Assembly (NCBI GenBank): GCA_002794465.1
Contig: MTSL01000065.1
Location: 225,253-257,252, forward strand
Origin: Paramicrosporidium saccamoebae KSL3
Lineage: Eukaryota; Fungi; Cryptomycota
Direction of reading: 5' to 3'
DNA: 32,000 bases
Shown here: one piece after another, positions 1 to 8,681 of the stretch
Numbering within the stretch: the first letter of the stretch is position 1
How the letters are laid out: each line of letters begins with the position of its first letter
The notes under the pieces: generated by a model
Seen by the model: the letters and a program-made list of their open reading frames with translations, nothing else
Database searches by the model: none
What the model was told of the DNA's origin: nothing
Made by a program: the position numbers and the translations under genes

Positions 1-5
1 TCAAA

Positions 6-1217
6 ATGCCCGTTTCCGAGGACATGTTGGGCCGTGTTTTCAATGGTTCTGGAAAGCCTATAGACCGTGGACCGCGCATTTTCGCGGATGACTATCTGGA
101 CATCCAAGGACAGCCTATTAACCCGTCCTCGCGCATCTACCCCGAAGAAATGATCCAGACTGGTATTTCGACCATTGATGTGATGAATTCCATTGCCCGC
201 GGCCAAAAGATTCCCATTTTTTCGGCAGCAGGTCTTCCCCACAATGAAATTGCCGCTCAAATCTGTCGTCAGGCTGGGTTAGTTAAGAAAAAGGACGTCT
301 TGGATGGCCACGAGGACAATTTCGCCATTGTCTTTGCCGCAATGGGAGTCAACATGGAGACTGCTCGCTTCTTCAAGCAGGATTTCGAGGAGAATGGCTC
401 TATTGAGCGCGTGTCACTGTTCCTGAATTTGGCAAACGATCCCACCATTGAGCGTATTATCACTCCTCGTCTTGCTTTGACCACTGCGGAATATTATGCG
501 TACCAGCTTGAGAAGCATGTCCTCGTCATCATGACTGACATGAGCTCATATGCCGATGCCCTCCGTGAAGTGTCGGCGGCCCGTGAGGAGGTTCCCGGTC
601 GCCGCGGTTATCCCGGCTACATGTACACAGATCTGGCTACCATCTACGAACGTGCTGGAAGAGTTCAGGGTCGCAACGGCTCCATCACTCAGATTCCAAT
701 TTTGACCATGCCCAATGACGATATTACCCACCCGATTCCTGATTTGACAGGATTCATTACTGAAGGACAGGTCTACATTGATCGTCAGCTGCACAACCGT
801 CAAATTTATCCCCCGATCAACGTCCTTCCCTCGCTTTCGCGTCTGATGAAGAGTGCTATTGGAGAGGGCATGACTCGCAAGGATCATGGTGACGTGTCTA
901 ATCAGTTGTACGCTAAATATGCCATTGGCCGCGATGCCCAAGCAATGAAGGCAGTAGTGGGAGAGGAGGCGTTGAATCAGGAAGACAAGCTGTCTCTAGA
1001 GTTTCTTGAAAAGTTTGAAAAGAACTTTATCACTCAAAACCATAGCGACAACCGCACAATTGAAGAATCACTCGATATTGGATGGTCTTTATTGCGCATC
1101 TTCCCTCGTGAAATGCTGAATCGCATTCCCCAGGATATCCTCAACGAGTATTACCATCGTGAACGCAAGATCAGACCTAGTGTGGCTATCTCCCCAGAAC
1201 CAACCCCTCTAGATTAA
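6..1217 (+). CDS. VMA2: V-type proton ATPase subunit B, 5'-truncated by the window edge
   Basis: Hallmark peptides [75 protein letters not shown] and [15 protein letters not shown]. The frame is open to the window start, so the ATG at 6 is internal. Confidence 0.98.
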   Translation: MPVSEDMLGRVFNGSGKPIDRGPRIFADDYLDIQGQPINPSSRIYPEEMIQTGISTIDVMNSIARGQKIPIFSAAGLPHNEIAAQICRQAGLVKKKDVLDGHEDNFAIVFAAMGVNMETARFFKQDFEENGSIERVSLFLNLANDPTIERIITPRLALTTAEYYAYQLEKHVLVIMTDMSSYADALREVSAAREEVPGRRGYPGYMYTDLATIYERAGRVQGRNGSITQIPILTMPNDDITHPIPDLTGFITEGQVYIDRQLHNRQIYPPINVLPSLSRLMKSAIGEGMTRKDHGDVSNQLYAKYAIGRDAQAMKAVVGEEALNQEDKLSLEFLEKFEKNFITQNHSDNRTIEESLDIGWSLLRIFPREMLNRIPQDILNEYYHRERKIRPSVAISPEPTPLD

Positions 1218-1343
1218 CGATTTATGAAAAATTAACGCTTTTCCTAATAAATGAGTTCTCATGGCCCCGGTCGACTAGCTGTGTTGCTCTTGGGTTCAAG
1301 TTAAACTCGCTTCACAACCACTCCAATCCATCCATCAATAGAA

Positions 1344-1676
1344 ATGTCTCAGATTGCTGAACTCGCTGTCCCTTACGCCATCATGCTCCTCCATGACGAC
1401 GAGGTCGATATCACTGAGGAAAACGTTACCAAGGTTCTTGAGGCTTCTGGTATCACCGTTGAGCCCATCTGGGTCAAGGTGTTCGTCAAGTCTGCCGCTG
1501 GTCAAGATCTCCGCAAGTTCTTGTCCAACATTACCGCTGGTGTTGGATCTGCTCCTGCTGCCGCGCCCGCTGCTGGTGCTCCCGCTGCCGGTGCTACTGC
1601 CGCTGCTGGCAAGAAGGAGGAGAAGAAGAAGGAAGAGTCTGAGGAAGAGGAGATGGGCTTCGGTCTGTTCGACTAA
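1344..1676 (+). CDS. RPLP1: 60S acidic ribosomal protein P1
   Basis: P1-type N-terminus (IAELAVPYAIMLLHDDEVDIT...VEPIWVKVF), Ala-rich hinge and C-terminal EESEEEEMGFGLFD. Intronless. Confidence 0.95.
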   Translation: MSQIAELAVPYAIMLLHDDEVDITEENVTKVLEASGITVEPIWVKVFVKSAAGQDLRKFLSNITAGVGSAPAAAPAAGAPAAGATAAAGKKEEKKKEESEEEEMGFGLFD

Positions 1677-1830
1677 GTATATTCAGTTAACACTAAATAC
1701 ACCTCATTATTACAAGTTCATTATGATTATGATTTTTGTCACTTGCGATAGCTTTCGGGGCGGGACCCGGTCTATTGGACCAAGTTTACCCTAAAGATAC
1801 TTTTATTTAAGAATAATTCAGTGAGACGGC

Positions 1831-3918
1831 ATGGCGGCTACAGAGTTGACGCTCGACCGATTGCAACAGCAAGTGCAGGCGGGAAGTTGTAGAGTGGCCG
1901 CTGCTTGCACCCGACTTGAAAATGTAATTCAGACATTATGCAAAGATGAGATGACAAGACCATTTTTGACCGTGCTACCACGAATTTTGAGCCTGCTCTT
2001 TGGTGATGAGCACAATGCTGGTTGGATTGAAACTACCACTGACGAAGATTCTATCCATGCCCTCTGGACTTTGCTAAAGCCTGCTGGCAATCTTTTTATG
2101 GCAGCGTCGGCTCACTCGGGGTTGGACTGTGTGACTCCGTTTGAGCTTGCTGCCAGCCAGCTTCCAGTCCCATTGCAGAAGCATCTTCAGCGATACGGGA
2201 TTAATCGACTCCCTGTACCATTGGATACATGCATTGTCAATGTTGCCCACGAAGGAGCTTCTCTGTATATTTTGCGTCTCGATGCCTCCGAGTTTTTCAT
2301 TTATCGCATGTTAGTCGTCCTGCTGTCGTTTCGCAAGCACCACGGGGTGGGTATGCAGTCGTCCCGTTCGGCTTCAATGATGGCACTGGCAAGATCTCAC
2401 TCGTTTGAATCGATGAATGTAAAGATTTCGGGAGAAAAGGCGTTCCGATTTAATAGTAACCGATCGGCACAACTCTACCAGAAACTCATTGAGGCATATT
2501 TGCATTACTTTATGCCAATCGCGGGCTACGATGACGCCAAAGTCGGCTCGGCCTTTTCGACAAAGTCATTGCGATCTGCGGCTGGAGTGTGGACTGGATG
2601 GCGACTGGCCAGCCTGTTTTTTACAGGAATCTCGCAGTTGTGGCTCCATCAACACGAATATCAGATTGAGGCCTCCTCCCACATTGAGAGCGATCCGCCC
2701 TTCATTCTCCCAAGTGTGGACCATTTCGAGGCTATTCGGGTTGTGACTCGTCATTTAGTCACTGCAGTGTGTTATCCAGTGAAGCCCGACATTTCGCCTC
2801 AGCTTCAACGATTCTATGACCAACTTGTTGACGTGTCTTTTGTCAGCTTCAGGGCTTTTTTGTATCGCCTTTTAAGACTCAGTCTGGCAAAGTGTCCTTC
2901 TGACAATACTGTGACGGTTGTGGGTGGGCTTTGGCTTGATTTCATTGCTCCTTGGAGGTATTTGACTATTGGTACAGATCGACAAGAGTCTACAGCGGCA
3001 TGGCGGCTCTATGTGGTAAACAATTACTTTTTCTACCACACCCTCTTGAGCTCGCTACTAGACTATGTTGAAGTCATTGCTGAAGGATTTGGCGAGGTGC
3101 TCAGCAGCAAGAACAACGTGGACACTGAGACAATTCGGTCTGCCCTGCTTCCCCTCTTGATTCTGTGTACACGGATCTTGACGGCCATCAGTCCATTTTC
3201 TGATTTAATTCAAGAAATTGAAAATGACGAGTTGGTGGCAACAAGGAGTGCAACACCGACATTCCTACGGAGAGCTACCTCGAGTCAAGGAGTGAAGGAG
3301 CAGCTTTTCACTTTGGAATCGGAGAGATTTACTCTTCTTCCCTTGTTTGACGAGAAGTCTAAGCACCGGGCATTAAGAATAATGTACTGGTTTGAAAAGA
3401 TTTACACTGCATTCCCTGAAGCTGTGGGTGCTGATTCTGAAGCAACTGAAAGCCGACACGTGAGCCATGATGAAAGACACGCAAATTTGCGTTCAGTCAT
3501 TACTCAGTGCAATGAGGAGCTTTGCGCCGTCTTTGGTATTAGAGATGGCGAGTTTGACGAGTTTTGTCCAAAGTTTGAGGACAATCGTCGCTTGCAAATA
3601 GTCATGCCTGTAGAGGCGAGACGACGCCGCGTCATCCCGACTTCTCTGCCAGATGAAAGAATTACGCTCAAGATGAAGGCAACACCAGAGGCCAAACATC
3701 TCATCAAGAGCTATGAAAGCGCATTTCTGGTCCATCTAACAGGCTGGCTAACCATCTTGATCAACGAAAACTATGCCAAGTTCATGCAAGACAGGACGCT
3801 GCCCAACTTTGTGAAGAAGTATCAGTGTAATCTTCGATTCCTGGCAGCATATCCAAATCTAATGTTTATTGCAATGGTGTTTTTGGGAATGCGCCTGCTC
3901 GTATCATTGTTCTTCTAG
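1831..3918 (+). CDS. SMPD4: Sphingomyelin phosphodiesterase 4 (neutral SMase-3)-like membrane protein, 695 aa
   Basis: Motifs recalled from animal/plant SMPD4: LWLDFIAPWRY (cf. WLSYLQPWRY), IKSYESAFLVHL (cf. IRSYEIASLVR), and NLRFLAAY followed by a C-terminal hydrophobic anchor (cf. SLRFLGSY). Recognised by eye. Confidence 0.7.
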   Translation: MAATELTLDRLQQQVQAGSCRVAAACTRLENVIQTLCKDEMTRPFLTVLPRILSLLFGDEHNAGWIETTTDEDSIHALWTLLKPAGNLFMAASAHSGLDCVTPFELAASQLPVPLQKHLQRYGINRLPVPLDTCIVNVAHEGASLYILRLDASEFFIYRMLVVLLSFRKHHGVGMQSSRSASMMALARSHSFESMNVKISGEKAFRFNSNRSAQLYQKLIEAYLHYFMPIAGYDDAKVGSAFSTKSLRSAAGVWTGWRLASLFFTGISQLWLHQHEYQIEASSHIESDPPFILPSVDHFEAIRVVTRHLVTAVCYPVKPDISPQLQRFYDQLVDVSFVSFRAFLYRLLRLSLAKCPSDNTVTVVGGLWLDFIAPWRYLTIGTDRQESTAAWRLYVVNNYFFYHTLLSSLLDYVEVIAEGFGEVLSSKNNVDTETIRSALLPLLILCTRILTAISPFSDLIQEIENDELVATRSATPTFLRRATSSQGVKEQLFTLESERFTLLPLFDEKSKHRALRIMYWFEKIYTAFPEAVGADSEATESRHVSHDERHANLRSVITQCNEELCAVFGIRDGEFDEFCPKFEDNRRLQIVMPVEARRRRVIPTSLPDERITLKMKATPEAKHLIKSYESAFLVHLTGWLTILINENYAKFMQDRTLPNFVKKYQCNLRFLAAYPNLMFIAMVFLGMRLLVSLFF

Positions 3919-4091
3919 ACCGATCAGAGAAGCAATAAACAGTCTACTTATTGTCGTGGAGGGGGTAGAAATGTTTTGGTGCTTCCAAATACAGATGGGC
4001 AGGAGAGAGGCTCGTGTATTACCAATGCATGGCCTTACGACCGGATTCCTCGCATTCTCAACAAAAACCATGCTAATACACCACTTTACAC

Positions 4092-4589
4092 TTATGTGCT
4101 CTTTATTGCAATGTGCTTGCAAACATGTAATGTTGGCAGGATCACCATGTGGCCGCTCTTTCTCCCCTCGCACAGCTCAACTTCCACATCCTTTTCCACT
4201 CGGATCACCTTTACTCGCGTGTCTTTGTATTCCCCCAACACGACTAATCCGTCCTGTCCTATCGGCGGCAGCATCGCAGAACAGTCATCCTGATCCAGCT
4301 GAAGAATGTCGCCTCCTTCAACGTGCACCTCGGCACCGAACTGCTCAATGATGCGACGAATAATGCCCGTCTTTCCGTGGTATTTTCCGTCAGCCAACTT
4401 GCGGTTCTCTATCCGGACAACCAGACCGACCTGCAACCATGGAATGTCCTCTAGCTCCTCTTCTGACACGACTTTGTGGACGGGCTCAGGTTTCTCATCC
4501 TGTAAGAATTGTTCTGCGGTAGGTCTGGCAGTCTTTGTTGTCCCTTTGTTAAAGGCAATGGACAGGGTCTTCCTCGGCACCTCACTCAT
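4092..4589 (-). CDS. KIN17-like C-terminal tandem KOW/SH3-like domain protein (start uncertain)
   Basis: WLQVGLVVRIENRKLADGKYHGKTGIIRRIIEQFGAEVHVEGGDILQLDQDDCSAMLPPIG matches the KIN17 C-terminal pattern; GPKOW is a weaker alternative. First in-frame ATG is 4589. The frame is closed by TAA at 4649-4647. Confidence 0.6.
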   Translation of the reverse strand: MSEVPRKTLSIAFNKGTTKTARPTAEQFLQDEKPEPVHKVVSEEELEDIPWLQVGLVVRIENRKLADGKYHGKTGIIRRIIEQFGAEVHVEGGDILQLDQDDCSAMLPPIGQDGLVVLGEYKDTRVKVIRVEKDVEVELCEGRKSGHMVILPTLHVCKHIAIKST

Positions 4590-4876
4590 CCCGGTCGGGA
4601 TGCACAACTCGCACTTCAGCTCCACCTCCTCCCGTCGCTCTACCCTTTATACACTCCAACGCCGTCTTGCCCGTCCTCCCGTCGACACACTTCTCGAACA
4701 AACACTCGCCCATCGTATCGACCGGATACTCTACACACATGCTCATGCGCCAGCCTGGACGCTGTATGCTGCGCGCTTCACGGTGCACTTTGTAAAGGGA
4801 ATTTTTGTGGGTGCTGGGATGTACACGATGAATGCGGTATTGGCGAGACAACATATCCCGGAATGGTAGTGGATGG

Positions 4877-5671
4877 ATGAATAAAGAAAGATTGTTTGTC
4901 GGGGTGCCGTATTTGGTGATGAACACGCTTGGAGCAGTGGCAACAACGGCAACGTTGGGATATTTCGCAGCGAGTGGGTATGGAATGTTTATGATTGCTA
5001 AAATTGCAGATTACAGGCCAAAACTATTTCCAAAAATCGATCGGTAGGCGACCTGTCATGCTACCCCTTTGTTGCAACCTATTTAAAGTATCGCTGCCAG
5101 TCTCGCTAATGATAGTTGCATGTTATGGCTAAAGTACGGCGTGTTCTTGGGAGATTCTGCGCTGATTGTTGTTAACAGCGTTGGAGCTCTCGTGACAATC
5201 CTGTGTCTCACTGTGTACTACATCTATTGTCCCGACCGTGCCGATGTGGAACGACGAGCCCTTTATGCGCTTTCCATTCTGGCGTCAGTGTTTGCAATGG
5301 TCAAGCTGGAGTGGTTTGCACCACGGTGGGTTGGGTTGATTGCAATGGTTGCATCAGTAACCATGTTTGCGGCTCCGCTGGTGGCCTTGGTAAGCAGAAA
5401 ATGCATCTGCTCGATTTATGTGTAGAAGAACATTGTGCGGAAGCAGGATAGTTCTGTGCTGTCCCTAGTCTCCATCACGATGACCTTGGCCGCCTCAATT
5501 GCCTGGACCGTCTATGGAGTCACCAAAGCGGACGCTTTCATTGTGGTTCCCAATACTCTCGGCATCGTACTTGGAACCTTGCAGATGTTCCTTTACATTA
5601 AATTCCGTCCAGCAGCAAGATCGACCTACAAGGATCGCTCCAGCTATGATTCTATTGGCGCTTATCCATAA
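4877..5671 (+). CDS. SWEET (MtN3/saliva, SLC50) sugar transporter, 4 exons
   Basis: Exons 4877-4977, 5010-5087, 5116-5389, 5426-5671; GT-AG introns of 32, 28 and 36 nt. The spliced product has two MtN3 repeats: KNRSVGDLSCYPFVATYLNCMLWLKYG...VNSVG and MFAAPLVALKNIVRKQDSSVL...WTVYG...FIVVPNTLG. Confidence 0.92.
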
Positions 5672-5708
5672 AAGTCTGTATATAAATTCCATGAGATGCA
5701 AAACTATA

Positions 5709-6547
5709 TTAACGACGGTAGGATCGATGGTTTCGACGCTCCGGAGATCTGGACCTAGAGCGGTATCTCCTTCGTTCCCTCGACCTTGAGCGCGATCTGG
5801 AACGACGTCGTCTGTCCTTTGATCGGTCCCGTCTATCAGAGTCACGTCGATCCAAGGCACGGCTACTGGTATCGCGTTCGCTCTTGCGACGTTCCCTCTC
5901 CTTTTCCATTGTCGGTAAATAGTCTGGATCTACCCGTTTCCAAGCTTCGTCCATTCTAGCATATTAGCAACTGTCTGTGATCTGGGGTACTTTGCATGAA
6001 CACCGTCGATCGTCGCCACTTTTAATCGTTCAAATGCTAACAGCATACTCGGTCGGTCGATAAACTCTACCAATACAGTGCCAGCGTCCAACGGCTGGAC
6101 CATCCGTACCACTGTCGTCCCGCCACACAGCACTGTTATTTCTGTCGGATCGCTCCGTGGAAGTCCAACCAGCACTGCCGTGCGACTGTTCATCTCACAA
6201 TGCAAAAGCCGTTCTGCAGGACGACCGAGTCGGAACCTAATAGGGTCGGCGACGGCTGTGACCGTGAAGGAACGGTCACCAAGTGTCGTGTTGGTTAGAA
6301 GAAGGGCTCGTTGCGCCTCCAAGAGGTTGGAGTACACAATGTCACATTCATAAGAGCCGTCACGAGTGGTAATGCTGCATATGATTAGTGGAACCAGTGT
6401 GCTGTTACTTTGGATAATGCTCAAACACAAGAACTGTGCCTAACATGCTAAAAAGCGTGCGTAGTACTTCTTTGGATGCTAGCTTAGATACATTTGACAC
6501 CTAATAGATGACAAACTTTTATGCATATGAAATACCTTGACCTCCAT
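5709..6547 (-). CDS. SR-related splicing factor, SRSF11/SREK1-like (RRM(s) plus RS domain), 4 exons
   Basis: Exons 6547-6536, 6500-6409, 6374-5991, 5955-5709; introns of 35, 34 and 35 nt. RRM1 VSNVSKLASKEVLRTLFSMLG...AQRALLLTNTTLGDRSFTV resembles SRSF11 (LTNTVFVDRALIV). C-terminal RSRSRSRSRERRR tract. Confidence 0.75.
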
Positions 6548-6602
6548 CCTTCCACAAAGATGATTGGTCCAGAAGCGAGTGGTCTTTGAAGATTATCATG
6601 CT

Positions 6603-6694
6603 ATCGCGTATCATAGTCATGCATTATAGAATCGCATATCATAGTCGTGCATTATAGAATCGCATATCATAGTCGTGCATTATAGAATCGCGTA
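6603..6694. repeat. 28-bp tandem repeat, about 3.3 copies
   Basis: Unit ATCGCRTATCATAGTCRTGCATTATAGA at 6603, 6631 and 6659, with a partial copy at 6687. Confidence 0.95.
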
Positions 6695-6727
6695 CTAACC
6701 ATCCAATCAGGATTACATTGCGTCGCA

Positions 6728-6834
6728 TATTCACAATAATAGTATACAGAACGACTTTATTCGTTCATTCCTAATTTACGTTGGTTATTCACAAGGATAT
6801 TATACAGGACGACTCCATTCGTTCATTCTCAATA
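6728..6834. repeat. Degenerate direct duplication, period 58 bp, overlapping the 3' end of the minus-strand Zn-cluster gene
   Basis: TATTCACAATAATAGTATACAGAACGACTTTATTCGTTCATTCCTAAT (6728) vs TATTCACAAGGATATTATACAGGACGACTCCATTCGTTCATTCTCAAT (6786). Confidence 0.85.
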
Positions 6835-7936
6835 GTGCCTCTAACGTTTGGGGCTGCTCATCATCAACAATGACGGGCTCCTCGTAAACAGCACTGCTCT
6901 CCCTCGAATGGCTGATGGGAGCCATTTTTGGTTTTTTGGAACGAGTCGACTTTCTTGATTTCGGAAGGACAATTTGTTCGGATAAATATGGAGGCGTAGG
7001 AGGCTCTTCTGTTTGCTGAAGCCAGTCATTATGTCGTCTTTTTACATCATCCGTACTGTTCTTTTTGGTCAGGACAAGTTCAGGAATCTTTGATATTTTA
7101 GCCAAGGGACGAGTTGCATCAGCAACAAATAGCCCTCGTAATAGCTCTCTGATAATCTCCTCTGCAAGATAGGATAGTGCAATCAACGCCTGGGAATCAA
7201 AAGTTTCAAAATAATTCACTCCGTAGTGGTCTTCATAAATCCTGACATGATAACTGATGGCTCGATGCAAAGAATCCACTAGGCTAGACTCTATACGCAA
7301 ATCGTTGGGCAGGAGAGCTACAGACTCGCCACTCTTCCACATTTTCACAAACTCCACGCCAGGAATAAGTTCTGTGATCTGCTTGCGATACTTTCGGGGA
7401 GCCCAAACCTCACAGTATTGTCTTGTACGGGCAATCTGGAACTCGCAGTCCCATCCATTAGTTGAACAAAAGGTACATGGGGCACCAGATATTACTTGGG
7501 ATTTCAAAGACTTTCTGTCTGCATCACATACTGATATCCCGCAAGCAATGCATTTTTGGCATCGTTTGTGACGATATGAATTGGCAATGGTTCCATCTCT
7601 ATCAATGATTCTTTTCCGAATATCCCGGTCAAACTTGTCCCATTTGGCCTGGTCTTTAGATGTTTCGGCATGGACACTCTTGACCGCTCTTTTCTTGGCT
7701 CTCTTAGCCATAGGCTCTGCACTCGTTGGTCTGGTATTCTGTTTACCCTTATCATCGCCAGCCAACCGCACTGAATGTTCATCCTCATTGCCGCTGCTGA
7801 ACAATTGGGAAGACAGCTCCCCCGTGCTATGGATATGCAAAAGGGCCTCTGCCACCGAAAATCTCGAGTCGAAAGACTGCAAATTAGGCGCACCATTTGC
7901 TTCGTTTATGACATCATCTTCGGTGGGATCGTCCAT
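6800..7936 (-). CDS. Putative nuclear protein with a Zn(II)2Cys6-like cluster and an Rrn10-like helical segment
   Basis: The ORF-track start at 7969 is GTG; the first ATG is 7936. Contains RHKRCQKCIACGISVC-x16-CTFCSTNGWDC, then SLVDSLHRAISYH...YFETFDSQALIALSYLAEEIIRELL. Basic NLS-like stretches are present. Confidence 0.55.
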   Translation of the reverse strand: MDDPTEDDVINEANGAPNLQSFDSRFSVAEALLHIHSTGELSSQLFSSGNEDEHSVRLAGDDKGKQNTRPTSAEPMAKRAKKRAVKSVHAETSKDQAKWDKFDRDIRKRIIDRDGTIANSYRHKRCQKCIACGISVCDADRKSLKSQVISGAPCTFCSTNGWDCEFQIARTRQYCEVWAPRKYRKQITELIPGVEFVKMWKSGESVALLPNDLRIESSLVDSLHRAISYHVRIYEDHYGVNYFETFDSQALIALSYLAEEIIRELLRGLFVADATRPLAKISKIPELVLTKKNSTDDVKRRHNDWLQQTEEPPTPPYLSEQIVLPKSRKSTRSKKPKMAPISHSRESSAVYEEPVIVDDEQPQTLEALLRMNEWSRPV

Positions 7937-7984
7937 CGGGGAATGACCTGGCCGGGGTCCGGCTTCCACCCCCCGCCACCACTA

Positions 7985-8435
7985 ATGGTACCAAGGCCCC
8001 TCTATCCATCCATTAACCTGTAGGTATTCACAAAGTTCGTCCAAGTCGGCCGTCTCGCCCTTATCAACTATGGGGAGGAGAAGAGCAAGCTCGCCGTCAT
8101 TGTGGAAATTGTGGACCACAACCGCGTCATCATTGACGGACCCACGACGGACGTGAAGCGTCAGGTCATTTCCATCAAGCGCCTCTCCCTGACCAAGTTC
8201 GTGGTGGAGGATCTCCCCCGTGGAGCCCGTACCCCCACGGTGCGCAAGTTTGTGGAAAAGTCTGGACTGGTCGCCAAGTTCCAGGAATCCGCCGCTGGAC
8301 AGAAGATCGCCAAGGCTGCTATCCGCCGCAACTTGACCGACTTTGACCGTCACAAGGTTATGCTCCTCCAGAAGAAGGTATTTCTTGCATCACTTGGCCA
8401 ATAATGTGTAGCGTTCCAAGGTTCTCAAGGCCTAA
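7985..8435 (+). CDS. RPL14: 60S ribosomal protein L14 (eL14), 3 exons
   Basis: Exons 7985-7987 (ATG only), 8024-8377, 8412-8435; introns of 36 and 34 nt. FVQVGRLALINYG...KLAVIVEIVDHNRVIIDGP and RRNLTDFDRHKVM are typical eL14. Confidence 0.96.
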
Positions 8436-8681
8436 GTCTATATACAATCTTATTGGAGGAAATAAAAGTGTTCTGTCCAACCACCTCACTGCAGGAACCT
8501 GACGACCGTTTCGATGATGGCCAATCAGCAGTCCTGAAAGTCGTACAAATCTCAGAAACGACCATCGGGATGGCTCCAATTGGCCGGCACCAGTCAAACG
8601 GCGTTTGCAAATCCTGCGAACCAGTGTCAGATTATTGGGCCTTATAGGCAGCGAACCAGCCGGACACAAGCATCAAAGAAC

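Noticed and set aside
4600-4869. 89-codon + strand ORF with FVKGIFVGAG, loosely like the Mim1/Tom13 transmembrane motif
   Set aside because: Its only usable ATG is 10 nt from the divergent KIN17-like ATG and its stop is 7 nt before the SWEET start. The similarity is a short Gly pattern that could be chance.
6603-6694. Regularly spaced 28-bp repeats as a CRISPR array
   Set aside because: The units are contiguous with no spacers, the context is eukaryotic, and there are no cas genes.
7937-7969. GTG start at 7969 for the Zn-cluster gene
   Set aside because: It is a non-ATG start only 15 nt from the RPL14 ATG. An in-frame ATG at 7936 is available.
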